From positions 1-28,036 of the forward strand of contig CAJWCD010000034.1 of assembly GCA_913020725.1 (NCBI GenBank): a stretch of 28,036 nucleotides of DNA, in the 5' to 3' direction. The notes under the pieces are model-generated. The model did not search any database. It was not told where the DNA came from and saw only the letters and a list, made by a program, of their open reading frames with translations. Positions within the stretch are counted from its first letter, which is position 1. Each line of letters opens with the position of its first letter. Below are positions 16,921-26,693 of this stretch, in pieces. This DNA comes from an uncultured Pseudomonadota bacterium (lineage in GTDB: Bacteria; SAR324; NAC60-12). The translations under genes and the position numbers were made by a program.

Positions 16921-17262
16921 ATGAGACCGATGCCGGACAGAAACCGAGAATTCGTGGAATGCCACGACGCAGATGTGACGCTGTACCTGCATGTCCAGCC
17001 TCGTGCGTCTCGCACGGCATGGTCCGGAGTGCAAGCGGGTCGCATGAAATTGCGACTAGCCGCGCCTCCAGTGGATGACCGCGCCAATCGGGAATGCGTT
17101 GCTTTTGTCGCAAAAACCCTGAGGCTTGCCAAGTCGAAAATCCGGATCGCACGGGGCCACAGCAGTCGCCAGAAAACCCTCGTCATTGACTCCGCTACTC
17201 CGGAAGCCACCGCCGCGCAACTCCGAGCTCTTGCCGCCGAACTGGAATCCGCCTCGGCATGA
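16921..17262 (+). CDS. DUF167/YggU family protein
   Basis: LHVQPRASRT...LRLAAPPVDDRAN...I.RGHSSRQK; start 16921 or 16930. Confidence 0.88.
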   Translation: MRPMPDRNREFVECHDADVTLYLHVQPRASRTAWSGVQAGRMKLRLAAPPVDDRANRECVAFVAKTLRLAKSKIRIARGHSSRQKTLVIDSATPEATAAQLRALAAELESASA

Positions 17263-20200
17263 GCCATTTTTCTCGCAAAATTTTGTTTTTGTCAACACGC
17301 AGATTCTTGCTTTGTGCGGGACTGTTGCTGCTACAACTCAGTGTTGGGATTGGTAGTGCCCACGCGCAGTGTTTCTCCGGAGGAGGGTTCTCCGAGGAGG
17401 ACACTGCCTTGGTGATCCGGCAGATGATGGACGGGGAGCAGTACACCGATGCTTTCAAGGAGGCGGAATGCTACCTCAAGGAGCATCCGGAGGGACAGTT
17501 CTCGGAGGAGTTTCGCTTCACGCAAGCCGAGGCGCTGCGACATGAAACGGAATTCGTCAAGGGGAATCCGCGTCCGGTCCTGCAACGCTACACGGATTTT
17601 CTTGAGTCGAACCCCAAGCATCCGCAGTTCCGGGAATCTGCACTGCTGCATCAGGGAGAACTGAGTCTGCGACTCAACGAATTCGCCTCGGCCAAGCGGG
17701 CACTGCGACAACTGCTCAAGGACTACCCGGGCACCACCTCAGCGAACCGGGCGCATTTTGGCCTAGGGCGGGCAGCGTTTTACTTGGGCGGTCGGATTCA
17801 GCAACAACAGGGGGAGGACACGGCCCGGCAGTGGTACAACGAAGCGGCGCAGGAGCTTAAAGGCACCACTCATTTCCAGTTGAGTAAAAAGGAGTTGCAG
17901 GAGCGGCACTGGATGCTCGGCTGGGCGTGGTGGTTTCAGGAACGTCCGGAGCGGGCCGAAGACCCGTGGCACCAGTATCGCCAAGACTTCCAGTCGGAAG
18001 GCGAAGTTTCGGCGGATCGCCGTCCGGACGAACTTGCGTACCGGTTGGCGGTTGGATTCCAGCGCAACAAGGCGCTGGGCAAGGCTGAGCAGTACCACGC
18101 GCTCGTCGTGGAACAGCATCCGAATTCCGCACATTATGCTGAATCGGCGTTTGTGTGGGCGGAACTGGCCCATCACCGGGTGGTGTCTGCCCAGCACGAC
18201 CAGCCGCTGTCTGCGGAACAAGTCGCCCCTTTGGTAGCACACTACCGGACCTATCTGGCGACGCAGGACACGCAACATCAGGGAACTGTCCATTTCCGGA
18301 TCGGCAGCTTGGAGCAGCAAGCGGGTCGCCGGGAACCGGCGGTGTCGGCGTATCGTGACTATCTGGCGTCCGGAGACACGGAGCAAGTCGCCGAGGTGCG
18401 GTTTCGGTTGGGCGCGTTGCACATGCAGTTGGAGCAACGTCCGCAGGCGATCCGTGAGTTCCAGCACTACCTGAAAACCAAGAACACAACCCACCGACCG
18501 CAAGCGCTCTACCTGCTCGGCACGCTCCACGAGGCAGACGATCAGGACGACCCTGCCGAAACGGCGTACCAGCAGTATCTGAAAACCAAGGATCCTGCTC
18601 ATGCGGACGAGGTGCATTTCCGGCTGGCCCTGCTGTATCAAAAGCGTCCGGACCCCACTGCGGCGGAGCAACACTTTGCGGCCCTTGTTGAGCAACACCC
18701 ACAATCGCCGCATCGCACCAATGCAGCGTTCAGACGGGCGGAGAGCCACTACACGGTGCTGGTCTCTCGCAAGCAGGCTCCGGACAAGCAGGCGTTACGG
18801 GCTTCCGCGCAACACTACCAAACCTACCTGAAACTGGGGGGCCAGGAGTTCCGGGGCTTGGCACATTACCGCCGGGGAATGCTCTTTCAGCAAGCCGGGG
18901 ATCGCAAATCCGGCATCGGCGAACTCAATGCCTACCTCAAGACTCCCAAGCCGGAGTACGTCGCCGATGCGAATTATCGGCTGGGCCTGCTCCACGAGCA
19001 AAGCGAGCAGCCGAAATCCGCACTTCGTGCTTATCGAAGTTACCTGAAAACGGGTGCTGCTACCCACATCCCGGAAGTGCGCTTCCGGCTGGGGATGCTT
19101 CAGGTGCAGCTCGGTGATTTGCAAGCGGCTGTGAAAGAATTGAACGCCTACTTGGCTACAGACGACAAGACTTATCAGGCAGAGTCCCGCTTCCGGCTGG
19201 GAACCTTGCACATGGAATTGGAGCAAGCGTCCGAGGCGATCCGCGAGTTCAACGCCTATCTCAAAACCGGAGACTCAACTTACGAAGCCGAATCCCGTTT
19301 CTGGCTGGGCACACTGCACATGCAGTCCGCACAGTATCCGGACGCGATCCGCGAGTTCAACGCCTATCACAAAACCAGAGACACGATCCATCAAACTGAG
19401 GCGTTTTACCTGTTGGGCGGGGCACATGAGGCCAGCGGGCAGCTGGAGCCAGCAGAGCAGGCTTATCTTGCTTATCTGAAAACCAACGATGTGGTGCATC
19501 GGGACGAGGTGCATTTCCGCCTGGCGGTTCACGCCCAGCAAGCGGGAAATCACGTTGCCGCCGAATCCCACTTTGCAGCGGTGGTTGAGCAACATCCACA
19601 ATCTCCGCACTTGATTGAAGCCGCGTGGGGCCGCGCCGAAAATCGCTATGCCGCACTGACGGCTCAAACGCAGGAGCCAGACTCCGTATCCTTGCGAGCC
19701 AATGCGGAGCTTTATCAGGATTATCTTGCGACCAAGGATCAGAAAAACGCCGGACTCGCGCACTATCATCGGGGGGTGCTGCTCCAACAGGCTCAGGACC
19801 GCAAGCAAGCCATCCGGGAACTGAAAGCGGCGCTGAAGACTCCGAACACGGAATATGCTCCGGATGCACATTACCGCCTTGGCTGGCTGCATGTTCAGCA
19901 ACAGCAGCCCAAGCAGGCGATTTCGGAGTTCCAGAACTACCTCAAGACCGGAGACGCGAATCATGTTTCCGAGCTGCGCTTTCAGCTTGGGATGCTGCAC
20001 CTCCAGATCGATGACCTGAAAGCGGCGGAATTGGAGTTGGAGAAATACCTTGAAACCGATGACCGCACCTATGAGGCCGAGGCGCATTTTCGGCTGGGTT
20101 TGCTGTATGCGCAGGATGGCCAGCGGAACTTCGAGGCGATTTCGGAATTGCAGAAGGCCCGTGCCTCCGATGCCGACTACCGGGATCATCCGGAGGTCAT

Positions 20201-23200
20201 TCAGGCACTGGTGACGCTTTGTGAGCAAAGCTGCAACGCCACCGACCGCAAGGCACTGCTCGTCGAGGTCAAGGACAACCCCAAGCTCAGCCCGAAGTTG
20301 CGGGAGGGCTACTTGGTGCGGTTGACTCAACTGCGCACCGATTCCGGCGAATGTAGCGACATCCAGCAAGAACTGGAGCGTTTGCCTGTGGAAGCCGCCC
20401 TGCTAGTGCGAGCGCAGTTGCAGCATGCCCACGGCGTCTGCCGCCACAAGGCACGGGAATGGGCGGCGGCGCGTGCCGCTCTGCTCGACATTCGGGATTT
20501 TCCGGAGTATCACGCTGAGGTGTATGCCCTGCGCCGGGACAGTCATCATGAACTTCAGGATTGGAAGGGACTGGCCGAAGAGGTTGCCCACGCACATGAA
20601 ACCCACCCCGACATCCTTGAATCCGGAGATTATGCGCTTTGGGTGGAAGCGCGCCGTCAAGTGCAGGATGGGGCCGGAGCGGAGCAAGCCTACGCTGCAT
20701 GGCGTACACGATTCCCGGATGAGTTCAAGGCAGCGGATCGACTCTTGGGCTGGGTGGCGGTACGGGAGCAGCTTCCGGAAACCGAGCCGCGAGCTGTGCT
20801 GTACCGGGAACTGCTGGCCCTCGATTTGGATGCTGAGACTCGGACCTACGTTCACGGTCGTTGGATCGCAACCGCGAACGAGCTTCCAGTGAAGGAGCGT
20901 GTTGCACACTTCCGGGAGTTGTTGCTCCTTGATCTCAATGCAGAAACACGAGCTTATATTCACAGCCGCTGGATCGAAACGGCCGCCGGGCTTTCCTCTC
21001 CGGAAGAGCGCATTGAACATTACCGTGAGTTGTTGCTGCTGCCGTTGGATGCTGAGACACGGGCTTATGTTTACAGTCGCTGGATCGAAACGGCGAACGA
21101 GCTTCCAGTGAAGGAGCGTGTTGCACACTTCCGGGAGTTGTTGCTCCTTGATCTCAATGCAGAAACACGAGCTTATGTTTACAGCCGCTGGATCGAAACG
21201 GCGAACGAACTTCCGGTGAAGGGGCGTGTTGATCATTTCCGAGAACTATTAGCCCACGAACTCAATTCGGAGACGCAGGGGAATGTTTACAACCGCTGGA
21301 TCGAAACCGCCGATGGACTTTCCTCTCCGAAAGAGCGCATTGAACATTACCGCGAGTTGCTGACGCTGCCGTTGGATACTGAGACACGGGCTTATGTTTA
21401 CAGCCGCTGGATCGAAACGGCGAACGAACTTCCGGTGAAGGGGCGTGTTGATCATTTCCGAGAACTATTAGCCCACGAACTCAATTCGGAGACGCAGGGG
21501 AATGTTTACAACCGCTGGATCGAAACCGCCGATGGACTTTCCTCTCCGAAAGAGCGCATTGAACATTACCGCGAGTTGCTGACGCTGCCGTTGGATACTG
21601 AAAGGCGGGCGGCCTTGCACAACCGCTGGATGGAGGCTCTTCTCCAGCTGGCATCCCCGGAGCAGCGTCAACAGCAGTTCACCGCGTTACTGGCTACGAA
21701 ACTCAGTCCGGAAACCCGCTCTGCCATGATTCACCACAAGGCGGAATTTGAGACGGCTCAGGTCAATCCTGTCGCGTTTCCGGAACTGCTTGGGCTTGCC
21801 GAAAATTCGGAAGATCGCAAACAGGTGGCGGCGTTCTGGGTGGAGGCACTGGAAAAACTCAAGAGTTCCAAACAACAAACCGAGGGCTACAGAAGTTTGG
21901 CGGAAAATCCGGTGGTGGTCCGCAAACCGGAATTGGCTCCGACCCGCGAGTATGCCTTGGCGCGGCTGGCGGAATTGCAAGCGGCATCCGGGGCGCTGGG
22001 GCGCTTCCCTGCACTGCTTGCAGAGACGAAGGATTCTCAGACGCGACGCTACATCGCGGGAACGTGGCTGAGCAAGGTTGAGTCGCATGAGGATGCCGAA
22101 CTCCGGAAGCGGGAATACCAGAAGATGCTCAGCCAGTCCGGTCCGGATTTCCGGGAGTTGCGCTCCACTGCGCTGCTTGGACTCGCTGTTCATCACGCAG
22201 AAAACGCAGAACCGGAAGCCTTCCCGGAGTTGCTGAAAAAATCGGAAAGCCGCAACCAGCGCAAGGAGGTCGCGCAACACTGGGTGCAGGCGGCTGCGCA
22301 ATCCACGAAACCCGCAGTTCGCCAACGCGAGTACACGCTGATGTTGCGGCAGTCCGGCAAGGAGTACCGTCCCATCCGCGTCAAGGCGTTGCAGGGGTTG
22401 ATTGCACTACACTCGGAGCGCGGCGAGCATGAGGCGTTTCCGGCGTTGCTCGAACAGGCGGAAACCAAAGCGGACCGGCAGTCCATGCTGGAAAACTGGC
22501 TGGCCGTACTGGCGCAAGAACCAGACGCTGGGAAACGGGCCCAGGGCTACGGACAAATCCTGCCGTACTTGAAAAGCTCGGCGCAGCGCGAGCCGGTGGT
22601 ATCGTGGCTGGACTCGCATTATCGGCGGCACGGACAGCACGAGGCGTTGCTGCAACTCTGGGAGCAGGAGTTGCCACGCTACCGGAACCGTCCAGAACAG
22701 GCGAGGCTGATCACGTTTGGCCTTGGGCAGCATTGCTTGGAGCAGTTGCCCAAAGACGATTGTGCCCAACGTTGGCTGCTGGAGACCGATGGCGGCGGGG
22801 TGAGTGCAGTCGAATTAGAGGCTCGGCTGCTGTTGAGTCAAACCGAGCAAGCCGCAGGGCGGATTCCGGAGGCGACCCAGACCTTGCAGCCAGTGGTGCA
22901 GCGTCCGTTGCCCTCAAGCTGGAAGGTGCGGATTCATCTGCAACTCGCCAATCTTTACCATCAGCAGCAGGCTTGGGGAAAAGCCGAGCAGCATTATGCC
23001 GTCGTGGTGGCACAACCTCCCACCCGCCGTCCGCCCTTTCCTGTTGCACGGCAACAGGCGCTGGCCAGACTTCAGGAACTGCGGAGCTACCTCAGTGGGC
23101 AGGCGTTGCAGCAACTCATCGCCGAGAAAAACTGGCCGCAGGTCGAAGCGTTGGTCCGCCAACGGCTTGCGTCCGGAGCGCCAACCTTGGACGATGAAAC

Positions 23201-24095
23201 CTTCAAAATCCTGCTCCACGCCGAACAACAACAAAAGGATTGGCCAAGCGTGACCACGCTGATTTACACGGAGGTGCGCTCCGGGAGGCAGAAACTGACG
23301 GGGCCGCTTGCAGAGGCCGTGTTGAACGCCGAGCGGCAAAAGTCCGGCAAGGCGCGTTGGAACGGAGTTTTGGAGGCGTATGCCATGCTGGAAAAGCACG
23401 ATGCCAAACGCACGGCCACGGTCACTGCGCTGGTCGAACAAGCCCAAGCTGCCGAAAAACTGGGAGGGCGCAAACGGGCACAGGGGTACTACGCCCGTGC
23501 ATTGACCGCAACCCTTTCCGAGAAAATCAACCAGCGCTTGCAACTCATCGGTGAACTGGAGCGGCTCTACAAGCGCGAGAAAAACTACGGCGAGTTGCTG
23601 CTCTTGTACGAACAGGGGTACCTAGCTCTCAAGGGTGACAAGAAACGTGGACCTCTGCGGCGGCAATTTGCACGGGAAACGGCCTCCATGGCCGAGTACC
23701 TCAAGAAAACGGAACTGGCCCTTGAGTGGCTGGAGCAGGTGGACGAAGGCGGGCGCAGTGATTTGGAGTTGCAGGCGATTTATCTTCAGGTGCGGCATTT
23801 CCGTGAAATCGGACACCTCAAGACGGCAAGCACTCGGTTGTACAAAGTCCTGAAGCGTAACCTGCCGCTCTCGTCACGGTGGTTTGCCATCTTAAACTAT
23901 GAACGCGCCGAGGTCTTGCAACTGCGGGCGGGCAACACCAATGAGGTGCAATTTTGGGAAAACTCGCTGAAGCGTTACAAGTTGGTGTTGAGGGGCAAGA
24001 AGCTCAAAGAAACGGAGCAATTGCACACCATTTCCCGCAAACGAGCGCAGGAGATTGAAGCGTATCTGAAGGCACTGAAAACCTCGGAAGGTTAA
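17259..24095 (+). CDS. Giant (2278 aa) exported TPR/alpha-solenoid repeat protein
   Basis: Signal peptide ending AHA; many roughly 34-aa units (E.RFRLG.LH......AIREFNAYLKT.D); central 36/37-aa tandem repeats; ATGA overlap with DUF167. Confidence 0.85.
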   Translation: MSHFSRKILFLSTRRFLLCAGLLLLQLSVGIGSAHAQCFSGGGFSEEDTALVIRQMMDGEQYTDAFKEAECYLKEHPEGQFSEEFRFTQAEALRHETEFVKGNPRPVLQRYTDFLESNPKHPQFRESALLHQGELSLRLNEFASAKRALRQLLKDYPGTTSANRAHFGLGRAAFYLGGRIQQQQGEDTARQWYNEAAQELKGTTHFQLSKKELQERHWMLGWAWWFQERPERAEDPWHQYRQDFQSEGEVSADRRPDELAYRLAVGFQRNKALGKAEQYHALVVEQHPNSAHYAESAFVWAELAHHRVVSAQHDQPLSAEQVAPLVAHYRTYLATQDTQHQGTVHFRIGSLEQQAGRREPAVSAYRDYLASGDTEQVAEVRFRLGALHMQLEQRPQAIREFQHYLKTKNTTHRPQALYLLGTLHEADDQDDPAETAYQQYLKTKDPAHADEVHFRLALLYQKRPDPTAAEQHFAALVEQHPQSPHRTNAAFRRAESHYTVLVSRKQAPDKQALRASAQHYQTYLKLGGQEFRGLAHYRRGMLFQQAGDRKSGIGELNAYLKTPKPEYVADANYRLGLLHEQSEQPKSALRAYRSYLKTGAATHIPEVRFRLGMLQVQLGDLQAAVKELNAYLATDDKTYQAESRFRLGTLHMELEQASEAIREFNAYLKTGDSTYEAESRFWLGTLHMQSAQYPDAIREFNAYHKTRDTIHQTEAFYLLGGAHEASGQLEPAEQAYLAYLKTNDVVHRDEVHFRLAVHAQQAGNHVAAESHFAAVVEQHPQSPHLIEAAWGRAENRYAALTAQTQEPDSVSLRANAELYQDYLATKDQKNAGLAHYHRGVLLQQAQDRKQAIRELKAALKTPNTEYAPDAHYRLGWLHVQQQQPKQAISEFQNYLKTGDANHVSELRFQLGMLHLQIDDLKAAELELEKYLETDDRTYEAEAHFRLGLLYAQDGQRNFEAISELQKARASDADYRDHPEVIQALVTLCEQSCNATDRKALLVEVKDNPKLSPKLREGYLVRLTQLRTDSGECSDIQQELERLPVEAALLVRAQLQHAHGVCRHKAREWAAARAALLDIRDFPEYHAEVYALRRDSHHELQDWKGLAEEVAHAHETHPDILESGDYALWVEARRQVQDGAGAEQAYAAWRTRFPDEFKAADRLLGWVAVREQLPETEPRAVLYRELLALDLDAETRTYVHGRWIATANELPVKERVAHFRELLLLDLNAETRAYIHSRWIETAAGLSSPEERIEHYRELLLLPLDAETRAYVYSRWIETANELPVKERVAHFRELLLLDLNAETRAYVYSRWIETANELPVKGRVDHFRELLAHELNSETQGNVYNRWIETADGLSSPKERIEHYRELLTLPLDTETRAYVYSRWIETANELPVKGRVDHFRELLAHELNSETQGNVYNRWIETADGLSSPKERIEHYRELLTLPLDTERRAALHNRWMEALLQLASPEQRQQQFTALLATKLSPETRSAMIHHKAEFETAQVNPVAFPELLGLAENSEDRKQVAAFWVEALEKLKSSKQQTEGYRSLAENPVVVRKPELAPTREYALARLAELQAASGALGRFPALLAETKDSQTRRYIAGTWLSKVESHEDAELRKREYQKMLSQSGPDFRELRSTALLGLAVHHAENAEPEAFPELLKKSESRNQRKEVAQHWVQAAAQSTKPAVRQREYTLMLRQSGKEYRPIRVKALQGLIALHSERGEHEAFPALLEQAETKADRQSMLENWLAVLAQEPDAGKRAQGYGQILPYLKSSAQREPVVSWLDSHYRRHGQHEALLQLWEQELPRYRNRPEQARLITFGLGQHCLEQLPKDDCAQRWLLETDGGGVSAVELEARLLLSQTEQAAGRIPEATQTLQPVVQRPLPSSWKVRIHLQLANLYHQQQAWGKAEQHYAVVVAQPPTRRPPFPVARQQALARLQELRSYLSGQALQQLIAEKNWPQVEALVRQRLASGAPTLDDETFKILLHAEQQQKDWPSVTTLIYTEVRSGRQKLTGPLAEAVLNAERQKSGKARWNGVLEAYAMLEKHDAKRTATVTALVEQAQAAEKLGGRKRAQGYYARALTATLSEKINQRLQLIGELERLYKREKNYGELLLLYEQGYLALKGDKKRGPLRRQFARETASMAEYLKKTELALEWLEQVDEGGRSDLELQAIYLQVRHFREIGHLKTASTRLYKVLKRNLPLSSRWFAILNYERAEVLQLRAGNTNEVQFWENSLKRYKLVLRGKKLKETEQLHTISRKRAQEIEAYLKALKTSEG
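20860..21632 (+). repeat. Tandem 108/111-bp coding repeats (RWIETANELPVK.../RWIETA.GLSSP...) with a 219-bp higher-order period
   Basis: 21171-21382 identical to 21390-21601; 20874-20957 identical to 21093-21176. Confidence 0.92.
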
Positions 24096-24098
24096 CGA

Positions 24099-25115
24099 AT
24101 GATGAAACAGGCGGCAGGCAGAAGGTTCGTATGGTGGACAGGAAAGTTTCTGCAAGGGGTTACGGTCTTGCTTGGGTTGTTTGTCGGGCTAACGGTTCAG
24201 GCGACGTCCCCGCAGGTGAGCATTTCCGGACAGGTGCGCGTTCCGGCAGGAGTGACGATTCCGGAAGCAGGGTTGAGCGTGGTCTTGCTCCAGTATGTGC
24301 TGACCGAGGAGGGGCAAGTGACCACGACCGGCCCCCAAGCCCAAGGTCAATCGGACGAATCCGGATTGTTTCGCTTTGAGAACGTGTCCCGCAAATTGCA
24401 GGCGGGGTATCGCATCGGCACTCGTGTCGAAGGTGAGTTGCACAGTTCCAAACTGTTTTTCCTGCGTCCGGAGCAGGATACGTTTGTCGTCGATGTCATC
24501 ATTCCTGAGATGAGTACGGACACGAGCCAGCTTTCTGTTGTCGAAAATTCGCTGGTGCTGGAGCCGGTCATAGGCGGGCTGCGTGTCACAGAAGTCCTCA
24601 GCATTGCAAACAAGGCTGAGGCTCGTGTGGACACCCGCAAACAGCCGCTCTCGTTTCAGCTTCCGGAGCAGGCGGAGTCCTTTCGGATGCTGGACGATGA
24701 GAGCGAGTCCGGATTCCGGTTGCAGGGCACCCGGTTGGAGATCACCCGGATTTTTCCAAGGGAGAAGGCGCAGGTGTTGTTTCAATACTCCGTGCCCGCC
24801 CGTTTCGGTAGCATGACGCTGCGCAAACCCGTGAATCACTCACTGGAGCGTGTTAGCGTGTTCACTCCGTCAGAGGTGTTGACGGTGCGTTCGGAGCAAT
24901 TGACGTTTCACGGCGAGCAGACAATCGATAAAACCCGCTTTCAAAGCTGGCGGGGAAAAACCTCGGATGAAGCAGTGCTGGAAATCGCGGTGAGCGGGAT
25001 TCCGGTGGATTCTCAGGATTACGGCTGGTTTGGGTTCGCGCTGTTGATTGTCCTTGCAGGAGCGGTGGCGGTTTTCTATCGGTTCCGGCTCCGAGCCGTA
25101 CAGGCGGTGGCCTGA
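24099..25115 (+). CDS. Exported beta-rich protein with a C-terminal TM anchor, function unknown
   Basis: Signal peptide (..VQA); carboxypeptidase-regulatory-like N-domain (ISGQV...SDESGLFRFENV); C-terminal WFGFALLIVLAGAVAVFYR. Confidence 0.7.
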   Translation: MMKQAAGRRFVWWTGKFLQGVTVLLGLFVGLTVQATSPQVSISGQVRVPAGVTIPEAGLSVVLLQYVLTEEGQVTTTGPQAQGQSDESGLFRFENVSRKLQAGYRIGTRVEGELHSSKLFFLRPEQDTFVVDVIIPEMSTDTSQLSVVENSLVLEPVIGGLRVTEVLSIANKAEARVDTRKQPLSFQLPEQAESFRMLDDESESGFRLQGTRLEITRIFPREKAQVLFQYSVPARFGSMTLRKPVNHSLERVSVFTPSEVLTVRSEQLTFHGEQTIDKTRFQSWRGKTSDEAVLEIAVSGIPVDSQDYGWFGFALLIVLAGAVAVFYRFRLRAVQAVA

Positions 25116-25693
25116 TGGGATTGCTCCGGGGCGAATGGACGGCGGCGTCACCGAACCAGAAACGACTGCTGCTCGTGCTGCTGATCTTGTTGGCGGTGTT
25201 GCTGTGTCGGAACCTCGTCCTGCAACCTCGCTGGCTACGGGAAACCCGCTTGGAGCAGGAAATCCGTGCGGCACAGGAGCAGTTGCTTGCACTGGCGGAA
25301 ATTCCCATGTCCGCCGAACTGAAGGAGCAACAGCAAGCCCTCTTGCAGAACCAAGCTCGGCTCCAGTCACAATGGCCGGACGTTTGGGACGCAACACAGG
25401 TGCAGAGTGAAGTTGAAACTGCGATCCACAAAAGCGGGATGACGCTGGTGCGCATGTCCCACGAAGCTGCCGAGACTTCGGAAACACTGACCCCGTTGTC
25501 CTTGCGGCTAGAACTGGCGGGGGCGTTCACGCAACTTCAGCGGCTCTTCACTGCGCTTGACGCCCACCCGGTTCCTCGCCGCATTGTCCATTTTTCCATC
25601 CGTAATCCCGCACTTTTTGAGACGAACCCGCAGTTGGAGGCGTTGCTGCGGATTCAGTTTCTGCGACTCCCGGCCTTTCCGGACGAACTGTAG
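25115..25693 (+). CDS. PilO/GspM-like inner-membrane protein
   Basis: N-terminal TM, coiled coil, then PLSLRLELAGAFTQLQRLFTALDAHPVPRRIVHFSI typical of the PilO fold; TGATG coupling. Confidence 0.72.
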   Translation: MGLLRGEWTAASPNQKRLLLVLLILLAVLLCRNLVLQPRWLRETRLEQEIRAAQEQLLALAEIPMSAELKEQQQALLQNQARLQSQWPDVWDATQVQSEVETAIHKSGMTLVRMSHEAAETSETLTPLSLRLELAGAFTQLQRLFTALDAHPVPRRIVHFSIRNPALFETNPQLEALLRIQFLRLPAFPDEL

Positions 25694-25695
25694 TG

Positions 25696-26139
25696 ATGGG
25701 ACGCTTGAGGCGAAGCTGCGGATGTTGGCTCTTCGTTTGCTGCATGGCGTTTGCAGTTGTTGGAACCTCCCACGCAGCTAAAGCGACCAGCAATCCTTTT
25801 TCGTCCCAATTTCCCAAACCCAAGGTGCAAGCGGCCAAACCAGCCGCCAAGTCGGCGAAGCAAAAATCCCGCAAAAAAGCGACCCAGCCTAAGCGTCCAT
25901 TCACGACGAAAACCGCACCCCCTTCCAGACCTCCCGTGCCCAAGCTGCTGGACATCCTCCGGACCTCGGAAGGGCGTTTTGCCGTGTTCGTGCTGGAAGG
26001 CCGGCCGCATTTGGCTCCGGAAGGGGCGCGAGTGGGGCAGTTTCGCGTGGCATGGATCGGGAGACGCCAAGTACGACTTCAGCCCTTGTCGAACGAATCC
26101 GGGGCTACACTGAAAGTGCTGGTGCTCAAATCGCGTTGA
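25696..26139 (+). CDS. Small basic exported protein, in the position of a pilP-like gene
   Basis: Signal peptide, NPF motif, Pro/Lys linker, short beta domain (LLDIL...RFAVFVLEGRPHLAPEGARVGQFRV); coupled to the pilO-like gene. Confidence 0.5.
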   Translation: MGRLRRSCGCWLFVCCMAFAVVGTSHAAKATSNPFSSQFPKPKVQAAKPAAKSAKQKSRKKATQPKRPFTTKTAPPSRPPVPKLLDILRTSEGRFAVFVLEGRPHLAPEGARVGQFRVAWIGRRQVRLQPLSNESGATLKVLVLKSR

Positions 26140-26280
26140 ACTGGCAAACAGACTTGCCTTTTTCAGGCAGGAATCGTGTGCTGTCCTACAAAAGTAAGGA
26201 GACAGCCTTGGTTCACCACAGAAACGCGGAGGACACAGAGGATTGTTTTGAAAGCATTCACACCACCACCACCATCAAGC

Positions 26281-26688
26281 ATGGCCTCCATTTTCACAAA
26301 GATCATTCAGGGGGAAATCCCCTGTGAAAAGATCGCGGAAACCGATTCCGAAATCGCGTTTCTTGACATCAATCCCTGCTCGCACGGCCACACGCTCTGC
26401 CTCCCCAAGCGTGAGGTTGCACGGTTGGAAGAATTGCCGCCGAAAGAAGCCGCCTCGCTGATGGGTTTGATGCAGCGTGTTGCCGCAGCTGTCAGCCGCG
26501 CTTTTGATGGCACCGACTACAACCTCACGCTCAACAACGGGGTCAACGCCGGACAGGAAGTCCTGCACGTTCACTTCCATGTGATTCCGCGCAAGCCCGG
26601 CAGTTCGCGCCCTTTCAGGTCACGCGAACCCTACGGCGAGGGCGAGATGGCCGCCGTCGGCGCACGCATCCGCTCCTGCCTCGACTGA
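26281..26688 (+). CDS. HIT family nucleotide hydrolase
   Basis: SIFTKIIQGEIP, AFLDINP...GHTL, NNG..AGQEVLHVHFHVIPR. Confidence 0.93.
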   Translation: MASIFTKIIQGEIPCEKIAETDSEIAFLDINPCSHGHTLCLPKREVARLEELPPKEAASLMGLMQRVAAAVSRAFDGTDYNLTLNNGVNAGQEVLHVHFHVIPRKPGSSRPFRSREPYGEGEMAAVGARIRSCLD

Positions 26689-26693
26689 TTCTG

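Noticed and set aside
20860..21632. Regularly spaced CGCTGGATCGAAAC motif resembling a CRISPR array
   Set aside because: Units are 108/111 bp, in frame within a CDS, and the intervening sequences are themselves homologous
17331..24155. Many long antisense ORFs over the TPR gene
   Set aside because: No recognisable motifs; expected shadows of a GC-rich coding strand
24423..24434. 12-bp match (CGTGTCGAAGGT) between CRISPR spacer 2 and the 338-aa gene, as possible self-targeting
   Set aside because: Flanks do not match, and a 12-mer hit within 28 kb on two strands is plausible by chance
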